From the NCBI GenBank assembly GCA_038884755.1, contig JAWABJ010000001.1, forward strand, positions 251,378-315,377: a stretch of DNA of 64,000 nucleotides, written 5' to 3'. Of the stretch, positions 62,501 through 64,000 are shown piece by piece (position 1 is the first letter of the stretch; each line of letters opens with the position of its first letter). The notes beneath the pieces are model-generated. The model searched no databases, was not told the DNA's origin, and saw nothing but the letters and a program-made list of their open reading frames with translations. The position numbers and the translations under genes are program-made. Source of the DNA: Candidatus Norongarragalinales archaeon. GTDB taxonomy: Archaea > Micrarchaeota > Micrarchaeia > Norongarragalinales > Norongarragalinaceae.

Positions 62501-64000
62501 ACGTCCGTCGGCTCGACGTTCAAAAAGTTCGTTGAAACTACTGGCACGTCGCGCGACTGGGCTTTGGCGAATTCAACTCCCGCGTCTGCTTCGACTGCGA
62601 AAGTCCCTACAGTTCTCGGGAAAACGCTTTTGAAGACGTAAATGCCGTTCTTGCCCGAGTCTTTCTGCCCGTCTCCAGCAAGAGTGTTTCCGCCGTTGGG
62701 AAATCCCAAGAACGGGTGGGTTTCGCCAGTTTCTATGATAGTGAGCACCGCGTTTTCAATTGGCCTTCCTTGCGCTGTAGTGAGCGTGACACGAAGGGGC
62801 TGGAATTCAGGGTCGTTCGGGGGAACGTTCGCTTCCATGACTTGAGGCGTTACGGTCAAAACCATTTGTCCAGTTCCAGTAAACTCGAGCACCGCGTCTG
62901 TTGCTGCAATCGGCCCGCCGTCGTCGGCAAACTCGGCTTTCACTGGCATGTAGTTTCCAGGAGCGCGTGCGTTCGCGATTGTCGAAACAGTTGCTTCCCC
63001 ATCCACAAGAGCAGGCTGGTGCAACTGTTTTTCTATTTCAAGCTTGTTCGACGTTGTGGAAAACCTTGCGATGGGGTTTTCTACCGTTTCGGGCGCGAAG
63101 GCTTTGACTTTCGCTTCGAGCAAAACCTGCTTTCCGAATTCCACGCTCAAAAACCGCGAGGACGTTTTGTTGTCGCTTTTCAGCGTAAGCGTAATGCAGC
63201 CTTTGTCGGTGCACTTTTGAAACCCTTGCGTAACCTTGTATTCGGAGCTTAGGGTTTCAGCAAAACAATGTTCTTTTGCCGGAACGTTTTCTTTAGTCCC
63301 AAGCTCTGCGTCTTCAGGCACTCTCGCCCACAAGCCGTTCTTGACTGCGAAAGCGCGGTAGCGAAAGTCTATCTTTTCGTTCGCTATTGCCGTGGGGCGA
63401 ATGCGTATTTTGGCGGAAAGCGTTTTCACGCCGACTTTTCCAGACGGGTATGAAAACGAAACCCATTTTCTTTCCGAACCGCTTTGCTGTTGCGCCTCTT
63501 GCAGGCAAGTGTTTTCTTGGTTGAAAGTGTTTCCAAAGTCTATTTGCGCGCGGTCTTCCTGCGGCGGCCTGTCGAACGAAGCGATGAACGCCTTTTCTTC
63601 GGCAATCGCCTGCTTGTCGCCCACCCGCAAGTAAAACCCTGTCTTCTGGGCTTGCGGGAAGCTCACGACGAGCGAAGCCTTGTACCATCCTCCCCTTTCC
63701 AGTTCTGTTGCAGAGTGTTCGGCGTCCAAAACCCCGCTTCCGGTGGAATCCATCTTGTACAAGGAAAAGTTGAGTATTTGCACGTCTTTCGCAAGGTTGG
63801 AAGGAAGCATGAGAATGGTTTTCGCCAGCTCTTGGCCTGTTGCGAGCGTAAGCTCTTCGCTTTGCGTGACTGCATAGCCGTCCGCTTCGGCTTTCAAGAG
63901 GACGGGAACGTTGGCGTAGACCGAGAGGTTGCAGTAAGAACCGTTGGAAGGAGTGTTGCATGACGCTATAGCCTGGTCTTTGTAGAACGCGGTTATGGTT
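59515..64000 (-). CDS. giant surface protein, paralog 4 (partial; N-terminus beyond the window edge)
   Basis: The reading frame stays open from 63897 to 64000; I translated it by hand and found no stop. The protein is therefore at least 1495 aa. It has a CarboxypepD_reg-like repeat (KAEADGYAVTQSEE), a divergent core block, Cys-rich segments and a P/S/T linker near the C-terminus. Confidence 0.85.
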   Translation of the reverse strand, partial: TITAFYKDQAIASCNTPSNGSYCNLSVYANVPVLLKAEADGYAVTQSEELTLATGQELAKTILMLPSNLAKDVQILNFSLYKMDSTGSGVLDAEHSATELERGGWYKASLVVSFPQAQKTGFYLRVGDKQAIAEEKAFIASFDRPPQEDRAQIDFGNTFNQENTCLQEAQQQSGSERKWVSFSYPSGKVGVKTLSAKIRIRPTAIANEKIDFRYRAFAVKNGLWARVPEDAELGTKENVPAKEHCFAETLSSEYKVTQGFQKCTDKGCITLTLKSDNKTSSRFLSVEFGKQVLLEAKVKAFAPETVENPIARFSTTSNKLEIEKQLHQPALVDGEATVSTIANARAPGNYMPVKAEFADDGGPIAATDAVLEFTGTGQMVLTVTPQVMEANVPPNDPEFQPLRVTLTTAQGRPIENAVLTIIETGETHPFLGFPNGGNTLAGDGQKDSGKNGIYVFKSVFPRTVGTFAVEADAGVEFAKAQSRDVPVVSTNFLNVEPTDVFVSGATACNSGVQLLLTKTIPVEAQVHYQVSGGSNESQCVEVLQPPRSPFTMKKGKAGQNEKTQVRVRPIKNTDCSLAFNSVLEGSGSAGFAETNFVVDCASLGEPSPTPSPGACSKENCTACNEGQCINLQNQGACKAVYENNQFKRCEQRKTQENKTADFCAAQRFDLGSLLASRLGFMSAQRIFNPNRNDRALAASATNRIVRIPRPPFFQIERASPDCEIQNGKLVCTKKVSPLVPSNGIALSLKNALGFNTQIATETKKPQCFSIRKVENIGLAKIGDFARKTISGAFRLPGGQYATLVVLFEPDQPGCAEYSYDQEKGVTLTPAQGRNELTLTIRDASNLGQAVKLDIVLKIEGESSKYAIASAPNFQSLNGIATRVNNAVEPAVIANNLQFESVEVGDAKIPAKDIASVAVGFPAEGYEFKIGTKTQPNIKTIQNNIEKASFDAVGNARTGVDAVSACTGQEFCFIENNKDFEQALKEEISEDLRKITGTMDSVSFTQAFDYDRVMLETAMTSALQDYLAGLIAYEACKKAGEDPIGDLRQRCASNRLSPQELPLNMGDAFASGFLAATCDSEVLNLASYATSGSVGLPGGYLNTLARRLVTQYILPGRAPIQVNHRIFRNLDTLINVPVKIAGEKGGFVVYSFQPSESIGLHQSGGYPDDFFGMQGFGSQCVPGDQSTCPFPNQCQFDPSVGMGRCVPGALYNNPFQFGPGFDAGNPFDYSYSDAQFQTPLNDDAVIVELKGTYGFGTQDYKRTDKSSSGFAASGMPYLKAGNPAELKGDGGSPNLLTMNKYGFADEIDTKDFLSVFSNAQQAQLAEFFKQELSKEALSAQVKEAIKSNALATEKTVKVVLKAGNESSISIKPIAPPAPSPSATPLPSPSPSPLPSPRPTPTPKAYEGFQYVQPKLSPNLVEKKLDEKPSATPEFELTVMFKVDADNPVKLDAQNSLKSVLAALKYLLDEKAPPLTCQLQASESSVSNAEACAVGR

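Noticed and set aside
1-64000. The whole window being a plasmid, virus or bacterial contaminant, because of the sigma factor, RSH, LigD-Pol, SpoIIM, LemA and HtpX genes.
   Set aside because: The bacterial-like genes are interleaved with core archaeal genes (MCM, aIFs, A-ATPase, aaRS). Apart from the 45.4-47.3 kb islet, they share the same apparent composition and promoter style. There are no capsid, terminase, integrase or replication-initiator genes typical of mobile replicons.

Overview
The window is an archaeal chromosomal segment of about 52 protein genes and one tRNA, with no rRNA and no CRISPR array.

Evidence for an archaeal origin:
- MCM helicase, aIF5A, aIF2-beta, aIF1A, a RIO kinase and an archaeal-type triosephosphate isomerase.
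- A complete A1Ao ATP synthase operon in the classic order atpH-I-K-E-C-F-A-B-D.
- An intron-containing tRNA.
- TATA-like boxes about 25-35 nt upstream of many start codons.

Housekeeping genes present: argS, tyrS, pyrF, ahcY, an MTA/SAH deaminase, a H+-pyrophosphatase, lemA-htpX, a K+ channel, a PfkB kinase and an APC permease.

Unusual content:
1. Four giant paralogous membrane-anchored surface-protein genes of 1838, 1885, 3040 and at least 1495 aa. The last runs off the right edge. Together they fill about 39% of the window.
   - They share a conserved N-terminal cytoplasmic module, a single TM helix, CarboxypepD_reg-like beta-sandwich repeats and a conserved core block.
   - A 171-aa gene that carries only the N-terminal module sits in a lower-GC islet next to a transposase remnant.
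2. Two hallmark bacterial regulators in an archaeal context: a full-length sigma-70 family homolog, and a RelA/SpoT homolog with a degenerate HD domain, an intact synthetase domain and a TGS domain.
3. A tRNA-Gly(CCC) that appears to carry two introns, one at 37/38 and one in the T-loop.
4. A stand-alone LigD-polymerase/AEP-like gene.
5. A presenilin/SPP-type intramembrane protease.

The gene content fits a small-genome DPANN-like archaeon, but taxonomy cannot be established without database searches. All calls come from reading motifs in the supplied translations and sequence. No search or structure prediction was run.
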